Virus record (IMG/VR): IMGVR_UViG_3300014773_000013 | Strand: one strand, 5' to 3' | Length of the DNA stretch: 64,000 nucleotides | From: a virus | In this document: positions 44,973 to 54,930 of the stretch, in pieces | Layout: every line of letters begins with the position of its first letter | Position numbering within the stretch: the stretch's first letter is position 1 | Program-made: the position numbers and the translations under genes | The notes under the pieces: model-generated | What the model saw: only the letters and a program-made list of their open reading frames with translations | Databases searched by the model: none | Told to the model about the DNA's origin: nothing

Positions 44973-45719
44973 CTATGCACTTACTTTTGTTGCACCGTTA
45001 CTGCGTCGAATCCAACTGCGCACGGTCGATTCTTTCTGTTGCAGAATGCGCGCAATCTCAGCCGCCGGCATCTCGTTGCTGTGCATTTGTAGCGCCTGCG
45101 TGCGTGCATCAATCGTCTGTGCATCATCCGTTGCAGGCACTTCAATGCACTTCTGCACTGGATGCAACGACGCATCGGTTGGCGTTGTGCTTGGTTGATC
45201 GCAAAACTTGGCGCGCTGCGTAATTGGTTGCACACTGCGCTGCGCACGCTCACGCCGCCTCACTTCGACTACGGCGACCTGAATGAGCGGCAGAAATGTT
45301 GTGCAGGCTAGCACGATTGCCCAACTACCAATGAACCAGGGGCCGAACACATCGGACAATGCAACCGTGGTATGGTCGTTTGCACTGCTCATTAGATAGA
45401 GGACGGGCGCAATCGTGTAGACACCAAAAAATAACGATAGACTATTCAATGCTAGCAGCAACCAATCATGCTGCGCAAAGTATTCCTCCCATGCGTGTGC
45501 GGCTGCATAGCTGATCAGGATAGCCAGCGCGCAACCAGCCCAAATAGGCTCATGTGCAGCCTTGAATGCAAATACCCAGCGCGGCACCTCGGTGCATACG
45601 GCAAGTACAAGCCCAAATGTCACGTTGCGTTGCGCCCACGGCTGCACGGTTGTCCATACACTGTGCAATGCTTTCATGATACGTTCTGAATTGCTGCTCT
45701 GCACTGTCGTTTGTTCCAT
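44973..45719 (-). CDS. Four-TM + HTH protein (copy 2)
   Basis: Same translation as 36842-37588. Confidence 0.75.
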   Translation of the reverse strand: MEQTTVQSSNSERIMKALHSVWTTVQPWAQRNVTFGLVLAVCTEVPRWVFAFKAAHEPIWAGCALAILISYAAAHAWEEYFAQHDWLLLALNSLSLFFGVYTIAPVLYLMSSANDHTTVALSDVFGPWFIGSWAIVLACTTFLPLIQVAVVEVRRRERAQRSVQPITQRAKFCDQPSTTPTDASLHPVQKCIEVPATDDAQTIDARTQALQMHSNEMPAAEIARILQQKESTVRSWIRRSNGATKVSA

Positions 45720-45722
45720 CGT

Positions 45723-46049
45723 TCAACCCTCCCTATCGTGGTGATAGTCGCACAGTGTGCGCAAATCTGACAGTTCCGCCAACATGCCGCTGACACCCGG
45801 CGCACCTTTGTGCAAGTACGACGTGTGATGCACTTGCAATGTCGTGCGCTTATCGCAGCGACGCAGGTTGACACGGTGCGTGCAACGGTGGCCGTCAATG
45901 GCCAGGCGCAAAGTGCGCAGGATGTACCAGCGCGGCGACTGTAGGTAATCCTGATACTCCGCACGGTAATGCACGCGCACGCCGGTGAGACTGCGCACGG
46001 TGCCAACAAGCCGCACGTACAGCCATCGTTTGATGAGTTCGGCGATCAT
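45723..46049 (-). CDS. Small HNH endonuclease (copy 2)
   Basis: Same translation as 37592-37918. Confidence 0.75.
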   Translation of the reverse strand: MIAELIKRWLYVRLVGTVRSLTGVRVHYRAEYQDYLQSPRWYILRTLRLAIDGHRCTHRVNLRRCDKRTTLQVHHTSYLHKGAPGVSGMLAELSDLRTLCDYHHDREG

Positions 46050-46456
46050 ACCAACATCCCCATCAGACTGACAACCAAATTTGCCACAAGTAGCGCCGTC
46101 ATCAGGTTGATGCCGGTCGGTGGCAAGCCGGCAATTGCCCAAACGCCCCGACGTTGTCCAGGCGTGATATTGGCGTACACGGCAAAGAATACCGTCACCG
46201 GCACAAGCCCCGCCAACGCAATGCCGCCCAGGTAGGCCGACACCCCTGCGTGATGGGTTGACGCTCGTGTAACAAAATTCCACATACTTGCAATCGCCAG
46301 ACTCACGATCAGGCCCGTCATAATATATAGCAACGGGTGTTTACGGTGTTTCTCTTTGCTGCCACCCAGCCAACCCGTAACCTTGGTGGGAATCAACACC
46401 CACAACTCAGCCCACATTGCCCCCCATGCGCCTTGCACTGTCGTCTTTTCGTTCAT
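46046..46456 (-). CDS. Membrane protein (copy 2)
   Basis: Same translation as 37915-38325. Confidence 0.65.
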   Translation of the reverse strand: MNEKTTVQGAWGAMWAELWVLIPTKVTGWLGGSKEKHRKHPLLYIMTGLIVSLAIASMWNFVTRASTHHAGVSAYLGGIALAGLVPVTVFFAVYANITPGQRRGVWAIAGLPPTGINLMTALLVANLVVSLMGMLV

Positions 46457-46585
46457 CCCCTCACCCCTTCTTCTCCATCAATTCAATCGCCATAATTGCC
46501 ACCGATAGCAACAGCACAACCAGCGACGGCCCGCTCAGCGCTGCCCACACCCACCAGGCGAAAAACAGCGCTGCAATAAGCTTGT

Positions 46586-47029
46586 TCACTGACGCACCGT
46601 CAACTGTCGCACCGGCGTGCGTTGTCCATCGGCGTCAACCAGATAATAGGCACCATTGCTGCGCACGGCCTGCATTCCCCGCTCACGCGCTGCCAATCTC
46701 AACTGGCGATTAAAGCCAGGCTGACCAGGCAGCAAGCGCAGTTGCTCGGCTTGCATCGGCTGTCCTGCGGCAACATGGCTAATCGTGATCATGTGCCACC
46801 GCACGACCAACAATAGCGCAACCACAGCGAGGACAGCAAGCACCACAATCGGCCAGTAGACCGGCTTCGCACTTTCGGCCAACTGCTGAAACATACGCGC
46901 CTGTTCCTGCGCTTGAATGATAGCGGCTTGCGCCTGTGCCTGCTGTGCGTTCGCCTGCGCTACCTGCGCATCGTAGCGCGTCGTGCAACCGGCCAGAATC
47001 AGCGCCAAAAAGACAAAGTAACGCATCAA
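46586..47029 (-). CDS. Lipoprotein (copy 2)
   Basis: Same translation as 38455-38898. Confidence 0.75.
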   Translation of the reverse strand: MMRYFVFLALILAGCTTRYDAQVAQANAQQAQAQAAIIQAQEQARMFQQLAESAKPVYWPIVVLAVLAVVALLLVVRWHMITISHVAAGQPMQAEQLRLLPGQPGFNRQLRLAARERGMQAVRSNGAYYLVDADGQRTPVRQLTVRQ

Positions 47030-47397
47030 CCCACCTCCACACTATACTGTTTCACGGTACGACGCACATCGGCACGTACCGACGACCGGCGGCGACTATC
47101 GGCAAACATCCGGTTCCACGCTGCGAACACGCCGGCAAACGTTACCGGCTCCGTGCAGGTCTCCCAGACGTAATAGGCGTATCCAGCTAGTGTGATAAAA
47201 TTCCACACTAGCATGAGTTGCAGCACCCACATTGGCACGGCAAACGAAAAATAGCCCAGCGCTTGACGTTGCATATTGAGCGTGACAACGCTGACCAGCA
47301 CCAACACCACGAACATTCCGCCAAGGTGGTGCCGGCTTGCCATCCAAGCGATAGCCCAGGCCACGCCGGCGCACCCGATTGCAGTAGATAAAAGCAT
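47026..47397 (-). CDS. Membrane protein (copy 2)
   Basis: Same translation as 38895-39266. Confidence 0.65.
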   Translation of the reverse strand: MLLSTAIGCAGVAWAIAWMASRHHLGGMFVVLVLVSVVTLNMQRQALGYFSFAVPMWVLQLMLVWNFITLAGYAYYVWETCTEPVTFAGVFAAWNRMFADSRRRSSVRADVRRTVKQYSVEVG

Positions 47398-47690
47398 GTC
47401 ACCTCCACACCAGGTAGATGATTAGGGCAATAATCACGCTAATAACTGCACTCGTCACCTGCTGACCAAAACTAACCTTATTAAACTTCATTAGTATCGC
47501 CGTGATTGAATGCACAATAGCCATTGCCAATAATGTCATAATCATAAGTTTACTTACATCCATAATTGCAATATCCTTTTCTAGTTAATGACTCCCCCAC
47601 CCCACCCTAATCGCTTCGCTTCGCTATTCAGCGGTACTCGTGGTAGCGACAAAAATTGAGCGAATAAAAGAGGCAGGGGAGGTACTTAGG

Positions 47691-48404
47691 TTACGCGCGC
47701 ACGTACTTGTTTTGCACGTCTTCCCGCTCTTGCTTAATGCGCAACTCAACCCGGCGCATCACGGAATCATAATCATTTCCCACAATCATTTTCTTTTTGC
47801 CAGACACGCCACCGCGCCCGATAACGCCAGCCCGTTCCATCAGTGCCATTGCGCTCCCCCACTCCCCGTCTGTCATACTATTGCGCAACTCGTCGCGACT
47901 GTATGGCAGATTGGCCGCCCAACGCTCAACAATCATTCGGCAAGTGTCATGCGCTATCGTCAACTCATCAGGCGTTGCCACGGCTTTGACGCTGGTCCCG
48001 CTTGTGCTCAGCACCGCAATCTGTTGGCGCAATTCTTTGATCGTAGCATGAGCGCGCATGAGTTTCTCTCGCAGGTTGTCACGTTCCATCGTCAGGTCAA
48101 CGAGCATATTTTCCATGCGTAGCTTGTCGCGCAGGTCGCGCCATTCGTCCAAGCTGAAACGAGCAACGGACAAGCCGCCGAAGGTTACGCCCGCTGCGAT
48201 GGCGCTGGCCAGCAAATGATACTCGGTGAATGTGGCAGCGGTCATGGCCACCCAGGCGCCGGAACCACACAGCACGATAACACCCGCGCCGGCGCCAGCC
48301 CAGAGATTTTCCCGGACGGTGGCGGTGACCAGTTCGTTATCTCGCTGCGCGCGCAATCTAACGCGCTCGCCGGTAACTGTGGTTGATTCCTGCTGTTTCA
48401 CCAA
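47691..48404 (-). CDS. TM/coiled-coil/winged-helix protein (copy 2)
   Basis: Same translation as 39560-40273. Confidence 0.7.
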   Translation of the reverse strand: MVKQQESTTVTGERVRLRAQRDNELVTATVRENLWAGAGAGVIVLCGSGAWVAMTAATFTEYHLLASAIAAGVTFGGLSVARFSLDEWRDLRDKLRMENMLVDLTMERDNLREKLMRAHATIKELRQQIAVLSTSGTSVKAVATPDELTIAHDTCRMIVERWAANLPYSRDELRNSMTDGEWGSAMALMERAGVIGRGGVSGKKKMIVGNDYDSVMRRVELRIKQEREDVQNKYVRA

Positions 48405-48862
48405 TGTTAGTCCCCCACCGCAAAGACTGCCAGCAACGCCAGCATTGAAAATATCAACATGGCCGCACCAGCTCGACGGCTATCACAATCTCCCCTCCAT
48501 CATCAAGCTGCCGCCGACCGTGCCCATTGCCATCAGCGTGCCCAGCAGCGCCACAACAACAAGCACCAGCTACATACCACAACCATTATCAACCGATAGG
48601 CTATTGACAATCTTTTCAAGTACCGCCCAGGCCAGTGCGAAGAGCATAGCCGGTACACCGATGGCGACCTGTCCACACAGCGTGCAGGCTAGTCCGAAAA
48701 TGAATGTGATTTCTACCATAAATATAAAATCCTTCGCTATACAGCCAAGGGTGGACAAACCACGCATGATGAATTATCATGCTGCATTGGTTGGCCGCTA
48801 CTCGGCTAACTGTTCTGGCCTCGGTCAGTGTTACGGCACTGGCCGAGGCGTTACCTTTGGCG

Positions 48863-49123
48863 CTACCATTCTTGAGCTACGCCAACCTTCTCGCACAACA
48901 GCTTGAGCATCAACGTGTGCGATGCCTGCACTGTCTCCATATTGTCAATTCTAGCGTTCAGCCGCTTAAACTTGCCACCCTCCGACCGACCTCGATCCCA
49001 GTCGGCAATAATGGCCTGCACTAGGCCAGAGAAGTTGTCAGCGTATTCCGGCCAAACAGTGGCTGCCTTGCCAACTATCCCCAATGTATGCTCGTTAAAA
49101 CTTACTGATTTCTTCTCTGACAT
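48863..49123 (-). CDS. RHH-like regulator (copy 2)
   Basis: Same translation as 40732-40992. Confidence 0.65.
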   Translation of the reverse strand: MSEKKSVSFNEHTLGIVGKAATVWPEYADNFSGLVQAIIADWDRGRSEGGKFKRLNARIDNMETVQASHTLMLKLLCEKVGVAQEW

Positions 49124-49333
49124 TATATGCGCCTCTGTGCTACTTTTTGTTACTTTATGCTACTATACACCCCTTTGCGCCGCAAGTCAATAGCCTATCG
49201 GCTAACGTTTCCGCTACAATTCTTAAATTTTTCGACTTTTGCAAAACTCGTGCAAACTGCCTATTGACAACTAAATTTAGTTGGTGTATTATATGTTTAT
49301 CGGTAAGTAAATTTAGTTGAAAGGATTAGGGAT

Positions 49334-50029
49334 ATGACTAGCCAAATTACTCGTGACAACTGGAACGCAATTGTACTAACCTCGATTGACTCTGCGGACC
49401 GCGAGCGTATCGCCAAATTAGTCGAAGATGTAAGTAACGCCGATAAAATCGATGAGCATGGCGGATGGGATTTCGGTATTCAGAAGGTTACAAAGAAGCG
49501 TAGCCGTGCGCTGAACTGGGATCTGTACGGGTTTGGAACTGACCTGCATAGCGGCACGTTTCTGGCCGTAATTCAGGTCCGGGAATGGACAGAGGGACGG
49601 CGCTTTAATACAGTACGAAAATCTTATTTCCTCATCGGCCAAAACGAAGATGCAAGCGTATTCGCTCACCCCGTCGAAAGCCGCGTTATTCATGCCGCAA
49701 TCAAAGCTGGACGTGATGTAGTATTGGCCTGTCAAAACTGGATCTTCGGTGGCGATTATGCCGCCATGATTCGCCAGGGCGATCTGGCCTTGATTCCATT
49801 GAACAAACGCCCCAGCGCTGATGTGCTGGGCAAGCGCAAAATCACCTTGGCCGACAGCCACGAATTGAAGGCTACTCAGATCAGAGTCAATGGCAACTTC
49901 TACGCCAAGAATCCAACCATGCGCCACCTGCCGGGGACGCACCCAGAAGTAAGCGGCAAAGGATGGTATCGGCTGATCGTCGGTAAGCGCGCTGAGTTCT
50001 GGAACTTTGCAGTACCAACGGTAGACTAA
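49334..50029 (+). CDS. Hypothetical protein (copy 2)
   Basis: Same translation as 41203-41898. Confidence 0.8.
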   Translation: MTSQITRDNWNAIVLTSIDSADRERIAKLVEDVSNADKIDEHGGWDFGIQKVTKKRSRALNWDLYGFGTDLHSGTFLAVIQVREWTEGRRFNTVRKSYFLIGQNEDASVFAHPVESRVIHAAIKAGRDVVLACQNWIFGGDYAAMIRQGDLALIPLNKRPSADVLGKRKITLADSHELKATQIRVNGNFYAKNPTMRHLPGTHPEVSGKGWYRLIVGKRAEFWNFAVPTVD

Positions 50030-50057
50030 CTGTGTTTAACATTCTCAGGAGATTGAC

Positions 50058-50591
50058 ATGACCGACCAAGAAAAAAAGGAACACGCACGAAACGTTGTAG
50101 AGAACTTTGCACGCTCGTACTGGAATGATCGACTTCGTTGGCAGGTGGGGCAATTCGTGCCGGGTGGCGATATGAATATGCCCATGCTCTGGGAAAACAT
50201 TATTGAAAAAACAATGGAGCCACAAGAATGGCTTGTTATGGCCGAGTATGGGCTTGGGCTTCACCCTGACGCAGATGACGGCTATATCTATGAAATTTGT
50301 CAGGGGTTGGCGGAATGGCTTTTTTCCTTGCCAGATATGCACACGTACGAAATCCCTGACATGTGGAAAGATTCGCCACTTGGCGCGCTATGGTGGGCAG
50401 CCATGATCAGAATCCAGGGAGATGAGTTGATCACCATCAATGACGCGGCAAAAATCGCCGGTGTCACTGTCCAGGCCATGAGCCAACGCGTAACACGCGG
50501 CACGCTGAAATCTTTCACGGACCCAAGCGCCAACAACCCCCAACGTGAGCGAAAATTAGTGCTTCGTTCAGATGTGGAACCGAAGAAATAA
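50058..50591 (+). CDS. C-terminal HTH protein (copy 2)
   Basis: Same translation as 41927-42460. Confidence 0.8.
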   Translation: MTDQEKKEHARNVVENFARSYWNDRLRWQVGQFVPGGDMNMPMLWENIIEKTMEPQEWLVMAEYGLGLHPDADDGYIYEICQGLAEWLFSLPDMHTYEIPDMWKDSPLGALWWAAMIRIQGDELITINDAAKIAGVTVQAMSQRVTRGTLKSFTDPSANNPQRERKLVLRSDVEPKK

Positions 50592-50718
50592 AGCATAAAC
50601 AAAATAAGCGCCGGTCACCTTCTCAGTGCCGGCGCTTATTTTATTCCCCATCTTTCTCCCGGTTGGCGACACCCGTTTGCAGCGCCGCCAACCCACGTTT
50701 TTGGCACGAACAACAGAA

Positions 50719-51036
50719 TTACCCTACTTGCTCTGCCAGTGTAGCAATTTCCCTAGTCCCACTAGGGATTTTACCCCCAAAGTGGGCACGCTGGCGCAAT
50801 GCGGCGCGCTGCTCTTCGCTCACCACGCGTTTGCCTTTGCGCACAAGCACTTGGTCAGCGCGTAGCTTGTACTTGAAGCCGGCGCCAACAACTGCGTAGG
50901 GTGCCACGCCAATCTTCTCGAATCTGCGAATCCAGTAGGGATCGTCGCTAAAAACATCAAAGGCTGCGTGGTCATCGCCGGTCATGCAAAAGTTTGTCTC
51001 TCGTTCTTCGGGCGTTAATTCGATTGCCATTTCCAT
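50719..51036 (-). CDS. Hypothetical protein (copy 2)
   Basis: Same translation as 42588-42905. Confidence 0.7.
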   Translation of the reverse strand: MEMAIELTPEERETNFCMTGDDHAAFDVFSDDPYWIRRFEKIGVAPYAVVGAGFKYKLRADQVLVRKGKRVVSEEQRAALRQRAHFGGKIPSGTREIATLAEQVG

Positions 51037-51049
51037 CTCCTATGCGTTT

Positions 51050-51301
51050 TCACGCCAGTTTCAACTGTTTATCAATGTCGGCGTCTTCCTCGTCGGTCAC
51101 GGTTGGCACGGTAAGCGCGCTGCGTACCATGCGCTTAATGGATTCCCGTTGGCGTTTCTCGTAACATGCGTTTAGCAGCCTGCTGGCAAAGTCGCTTGCC
51201 GTGGTGCTGTCTTGTGCGGCCAGTGCGGTGGCCACCTCGGTGCGCTCCTCCAGTGTCAGGATGAGAAGCGACGCTACGATCTCGGCGATGTGTGTTGGCA
51301 T
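51050..51301 (-). CDS. Hypothetical protein (copy 2)
   Basis: Same translation as 42919-43170. Confidence 0.7.
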   Translation of the reverse strand: MPTHIAEIVASLLILTLEERTEVATALAAQDSTTASDFASRLLNACYEKRQRESIKRMVRSALTVPTVTDEEDADIDKQLKLA

Positions 51302-51310
51302 GGTTTCTCC

Positions 51311-51925
51311 TTATGGTTGCGGAATTGTGCTCCCCGGTAACGTTGCGGTTGCGGTTGCGGTGGGCGCTTGTGCGGTTAACGTGGCGAACAGTGCGTCCAA
51401 CGTCGCTCCAAAATTCGGCGTGGCCGTGGCGGTGCTTGTTTCGGTGGCTGTCGCGGTGTGCGTCGGCGTCTGTGTCTCGGTTGGCGTGCTTGTCGCCGTG
51501 GGCACTAATGCCGTCACGGTTTGCTCCAAACTAATGACGGTGGCATTCGGCGTGCCGGTGGCGACTGTGGACAGTGCGTCAATCGTCGCCTGCATGTTGG
51601 CTAATTGCGTCGCCAAGGCGTTAGGCGTGCCTGTATGCGTCGGTAGCGCCGTTTCGGTACTTGTAGCCGTTTTTGTCGGTTCTGGCGTCTCTGTGGCCGT
51701 CTCCGTGGCTGTGGGCGTGAATCCAGCAGCCGTGAGTGTCGCCACTAATTCGGCAATCTGTGTCGCCACCTCGTTTACTGTTGCGCTTGCCGTGGGCGTC
51801 GGCGTGTCGCCGGCCAGGCTGACGATAGGCAGGTAAGTTGTGCTTTGCGCACGGACGTTGGCGACGATGGCAATGAGTGCGATGGTTGAAAGTAAAGCGA
51901 AAAGCGTAAGACGTAAACGATTCAT
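51311..51925 (-). CDS. Secreted Thr/Pro-rich protein (copy 2)
   Basis: Same translation as 43180-43794. Confidence 0.8.
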   Translation of the reverse strand: MNRLRLTLFALLSTIALIAIVANVRAQSTTYLPIVSLAGDTPTPTASATVNEVATQIAELVATLTAAGFTPTATETATETPEPTKTATSTETALPTHTGTPNALATQLANMQATIDALSTVATGTPNATVISLEQTVTALVPTATSTPTETQTPTHTATATETSTATATPNFGATLDALFATLTAQAPTATATATLPGSTIPQP

Positions 51926-52485
51926 ATTCGTGTGTCTCCTCCGGTGTAGTGCTCGCCGTACTCATCAACATCAGGCGAGTGATTCCCGGTTGGACAGATC
52001 CACGAACCGCCCGCGCCGTGACAAATATCACAATCATCGCAATCATCGCAATGATTAAAACAATCTTCCCATACCAGGATTGCGCCACACATTTTGCATG
52101 TTGGTAGCGCAGCCGATTGCGCCGGATCCAACGCCTCTGCCAACGTAACACAAAACGCGTCTGCGCGACGTGGGTCCGCACGCACAAAAGCCGCGACCAG
52201 GTCGCATTCCTGTACGCCGTCCAGCGCCAGGAGTGCAGCCAGGATCGTGTCAACCGTATTGACCGGCGTTAGGGATTCGCGCCAGTCAATAGTGGCGGGC
52301 TTCACCTTGCCAATACGCCAGGAAATCCCACCGTCTGCCGTCCACATCTCCGCAATGTCAATTCGGTGCGGCGCGTCCTCATAGGCATATACCGTGCCGG
52401 TTCCATCCGCCGCCGCCCACTTTGCGCCGGGCGGCACATTGAATTTACTCAGGCCGAGCATCGCCGCCGCTCCTTCCGCTAACAT
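51922..52485 (-). CDS. Cys-rich hypothetical protein (copy 2)
   Basis: Same translation as 43791-44354. Confidence 0.65.
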   Translation of the reverse strand: MLAEGAAAMLGLSKFNVPPGAKWAAADGTGTVYAYEDAPHRIDIAEMWTADGGISWRIGKVKPATIDWRESLTPVNTVDTILAALLALDGVQECDLVAAFVRADPRRADAFCVTLAEALDPAQSAALPTCKMCGAILVWEDCFNHCDDCDDCDICHGAGGSWICPTGNHSPDVDEYGEHYTGGDTRI

Positions 52486-52553
52486 GCAGCGCTGCCATAA
52501 CGATGGCCACGCAGAGCACGAGCACGGCCCCGATGATAACGCCTGCGAAATAA

Positions 52554-52781
52554 CTAAGCATGTACCACCTCATCTCTCAACTTCACCCACCTGTCACACA
52601 CAAAACGCTGCCCGCTCTGCACCGGCCCGTGCCAGCCGCCAAGCCGCTCGCAGTGGCCGAATCCGTCAGCCACCAGCCAATGCCGGCAGTTCAGGCAGTA
52701 GCGGCCAGCACTTGGCGCACGCAGTCCGACGTCCGGCATGAGTCCGCTACGCAGAGTCTCGAAATAGATTACCTGGCTCAC
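52554..52781 (-). CDS. Small Cys-rich protein (native, non-chimeric copy)
   Basis: GTG start (VSQVIYF) overlapping the upstream TGA; CLNCRHW..GHC..FVCDRW. Confidence 0.6.
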   Translation of the reverse strand: MSQVIYFETLRSGLMPDVGLRAPSAGRYCLNCRHWLVADGFGHCERLGGWHGPVQSGQRFVCDRWVKLRDEVVHA

Positions 52782-52963
52782 GCTGGCACCGCCTTCATTG
52801 TGGCCGACCGCCCTTGCGCTTGCTGCCAGCGCCATTCACGCAATGCAGCCTCAGCACTGTAGCAACGCACGATGACGTTGACACCGGACGACGGGTAACG
52901 TACCTCGTATGTGTGATTGATTTGCTGCAATGTTGGCTGCAATGCGTTCGTTGATTTACGCAT
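52778..52963 (-). CDS. Hypothetical protein
   Basis: RBS GGAGG, 61 aa; contains the TTCAT breakpoint. Confidence 0.6.
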   Translation of the reverse strand: MRKSTNALQPTLQQINHTYEVRYPSSGVNVIVRCYSAEAALREWRWQQAQGRSATMKAVPA

Positions 52964-52965
52964 GA

Positions 52966-53826
52966 TTAGCCTCCGAATAATGGTAGATCCTCATGGTTAT
53001 CACGTAATGCGGCCGAGGTGTGCGGTGATAACCAAAGCACTTCCGTTCTATCCCTGGCGCCCTCTGCGTGTGCTTCTCGTTCGACACGACGCCAATCCGT
53101 AAATAGTTCGTGGTCGTATAGGTCGCAGGGATAACCGCTTACTATGGCCATGCCGTTGATGCCATGCAATGCGGCCGCCATATCACGGTGATCGTTGTCG
53201 GTCATTTCATATCGGTACCCTGCGGCCGCCTGTTTGCCTCTGGTCGACAACGGATAGGGCGGGTCAACATAGAATAGCGTTTCGTGCCCGTCAAACGTTT
53301 GCACCATGTCAAGCGCCGGGCGCATTTCTACCACCACGCCACGCATACGTTGAACGATCAGACTCAACGCGTCGGGATAGTTGGCCCAATCAGTCGCCGG
53401 CGTGGCGCCTGTACGAGTGACGTTGTTGCGAAAGCCGGTATTGTTGCCGGATGTGCCGGCCGCCCCAAATCCAGCAAACGAACGCAACAACGTGCGCCGC
53501 GCCTGCTCAATCGGGTCACCGTGCAATAGATAGCTCTCTTCAAACTCGGATCGGGCGAAAGGGGTCAACTCTACCAGGCGCACCAGCTCACGAGCCTGCG
53601 CAGGATTACGCAATACCCGGAACAGATTCACTACCTCACCGTCCAAATCGTTGTAGACCTCGGCATAGCAGCGCTGCTTGCGCAATAACACAGACGCCGC
53701 GCCACCGTATGGCTCAACGTAAATTCTGTGTGGTGGAAAGAACCCGATAATCCACGGAGCAAGGCGCCACTTTCCGCCATGATACCTGAGTGCCGGCCGT
53801 GTTGGCGCATCCATTGCTACATTCAT
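52966..53826 (-). CDS. DNA adenine methyltransferase (D12/Dam-like)
   Basis: LRYHGGKW, YVEPYGGAASV, EVYNDLD and FYVDPPY motifs. Confidence 0.93.
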   Translation of the reverse strand: MNVAMDAPTRPALRYHGGKWRLAPWIIGFFPPHRIYVEPYGGAASVLLRKQRCYAEVYNDLDGEVVNLFRVLRNPAQARELVRLVELTPFARSEFEESYLLHGDPIEQARRTLLRSFAGFGAAGTSGNNTGFRNNVTRTGATPATDWANYPDALSLIVQRMRGVVVEMRPALDMVQTFDGHETLFYVDPPYPLSTRGKQAAAGYRYEMTDNDHRDMAAALHGINGMAIVSGYPCDLYDHELFTDWRRVEREAHAEGARDRTEVLWLSPHTSAALRDNHEDLPLFGG

Positions 53827-53834
53827 GCCGTCAC

Positions 53835-54044
53835 CTATCCCCGCACTTTTTCACGAATTTCCACAAAAGGATGCATTACCCCTTGAAATGCAATAGCATT
53901 TTGTGGTAAGCTTCTACGCAGTAGTCCCATTCGCAGAATAACATCGCGCAGGTCGCCACGACACAGCACTTTCACCGGCTGTCCGTGGCGATCCATGAAC
54001 TCATCGACCACAGGGATACCATGAAACAATTCGTTAGGCTGCAT
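53835..54044 (-). CDS. Hypothetical protein
   Basis: RBS AAGGAG; coupled to the XRE gene. Confidence 0.55.
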   Translation of the reverse strand: MQPNELFHGIPVVDEFMDRHGQPVKVLCRGDLRDVILRMGLLRRSLPQNAIAFQGVMHPFVEIREKVRG

Positions 54045-54255
54045 GTTCCGGTTCTCCTTTTAGCAGTTCGTCAACTGTCACGCCCAGGAGCGTGGCAATC
54101 TGCACTGCCCTATCTATCGACAAATTGCGCCCAGACTCAATTCCATACAGCGCCGGCCCGGAGATCCCCAAGCAAGCGCCGATTTCCGCCTGCGTCATAC
54201 CTTGCGCCTTGCGCCAGTCGCGCAAGCGCTGGCCCACCCGCTCTTTTATATCCAT
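54034..54255 (-). CDS. XRE/Cro-family HTH regulator
   Basis: GQRLRDWRKAQGMTQAEIG..LGIS..IESG. Confidence 0.92.
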   Translation of the reverse strand: MDIKERVGQRLRDWRKAQGMTQAEIGACLGISGPALYGIESGRNLSIDRAVQIATLLGVTVDELLKGEPEHAA

Positions 54256-54292
54256 AAATTCTCCTCAAACGATAAATCATAATCTTTAGTTA

Positions 54293-54321
54293 ATAGTAAC
54301 ATTAGTTTGGGGATATGTCAA
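54293..54321 (-). promoter_or_regulatory. Promoter for the cro-like operon
   Basis: TTGACA-17-TACTAT; TGGGGATAT occurs twice nearby. Confidence 0.65.
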
Positions 54322-54627
54322 TAGTCAAAATGTCACATGGGGATATTCCGTAACGAAAGGTTAATTCACGCATGAACGGAGATAGAATGATCAGCGACTT
54401 ATTAATTATCACTGAGTCGAAAAAGGGTTTTATGGCAGCGAGAGCCAACGCCTGGCTGCACGCACATTTCCGCGTTTATGTGGATGGCAAAACGGTGGTA
54501 GCGATTGATAATTTTTAGTCTACAAAACACAGTATGACGAGCCGTTATTGTGTAACCTAAACATATCAACGGAGTGTCAGCGGAGTGTCAACGCTGGTAC
54601 AAACGTCATGGTACAAACCAGCGCCTA

Positions 54628-54930
54628 CTAGCGTCGTCTCTTCGCAATGGCGCGGCTTTTGGCGTCAGCTTTCAGCGCACCATTTACGCCGCGTTTCCAC
54701 AGCGCAATGCCAGCGTCGTAGTCGTCCGGACAAGGCAGCCACTCAACCGTGGCGCCTTGCTCGGCTAAGCGCTGTTTGATACTGGACATGTCTTTTTTGC
54801 GCATCCATGACAGGATCGGCGCCGATGACTCGATATGCCAGATGTCGCCACGCTTGACGAACACAGCGCCAGCGGTGTAGCCGCGGCCGGTGACGCGGAG
54901 AAGAATGCGCTTGGCTGCAACGTCTGCCAT
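54628..54930 (-). CDS. Hypothetical protein
   Basis: TAATG-coupled to dnaB; SAPILSWM motif. Confidence 0.65.
   Translation of the reverse strand: MADVAAKRILLRVTGRGYTAGAVFVKRGDIWHIESSAPILSWMRKKDMSSIKQRLAEQGATVEWLPCPDDYDAGIALWKRGVNGALKADAKSRAIAKRRR

Larger units (their letters stand above)
36537..52798. repeat. 8131-bp tandem duplication (36537-44667 and 44668-52798)
   Basis: ORFs recur at +8131 with identical translations. Junction ...gccttcat|aagggcttatcgg... at 44667/44668. Confidence 0.97.

Noticed and set aside
36537..52798. Duplication as a pure assembly artefact
   Set aside because: Not excluded without reads. However, the junction lacks microhomology and coincides with both element boundary motifs, which an assembler would not be expected to produce.
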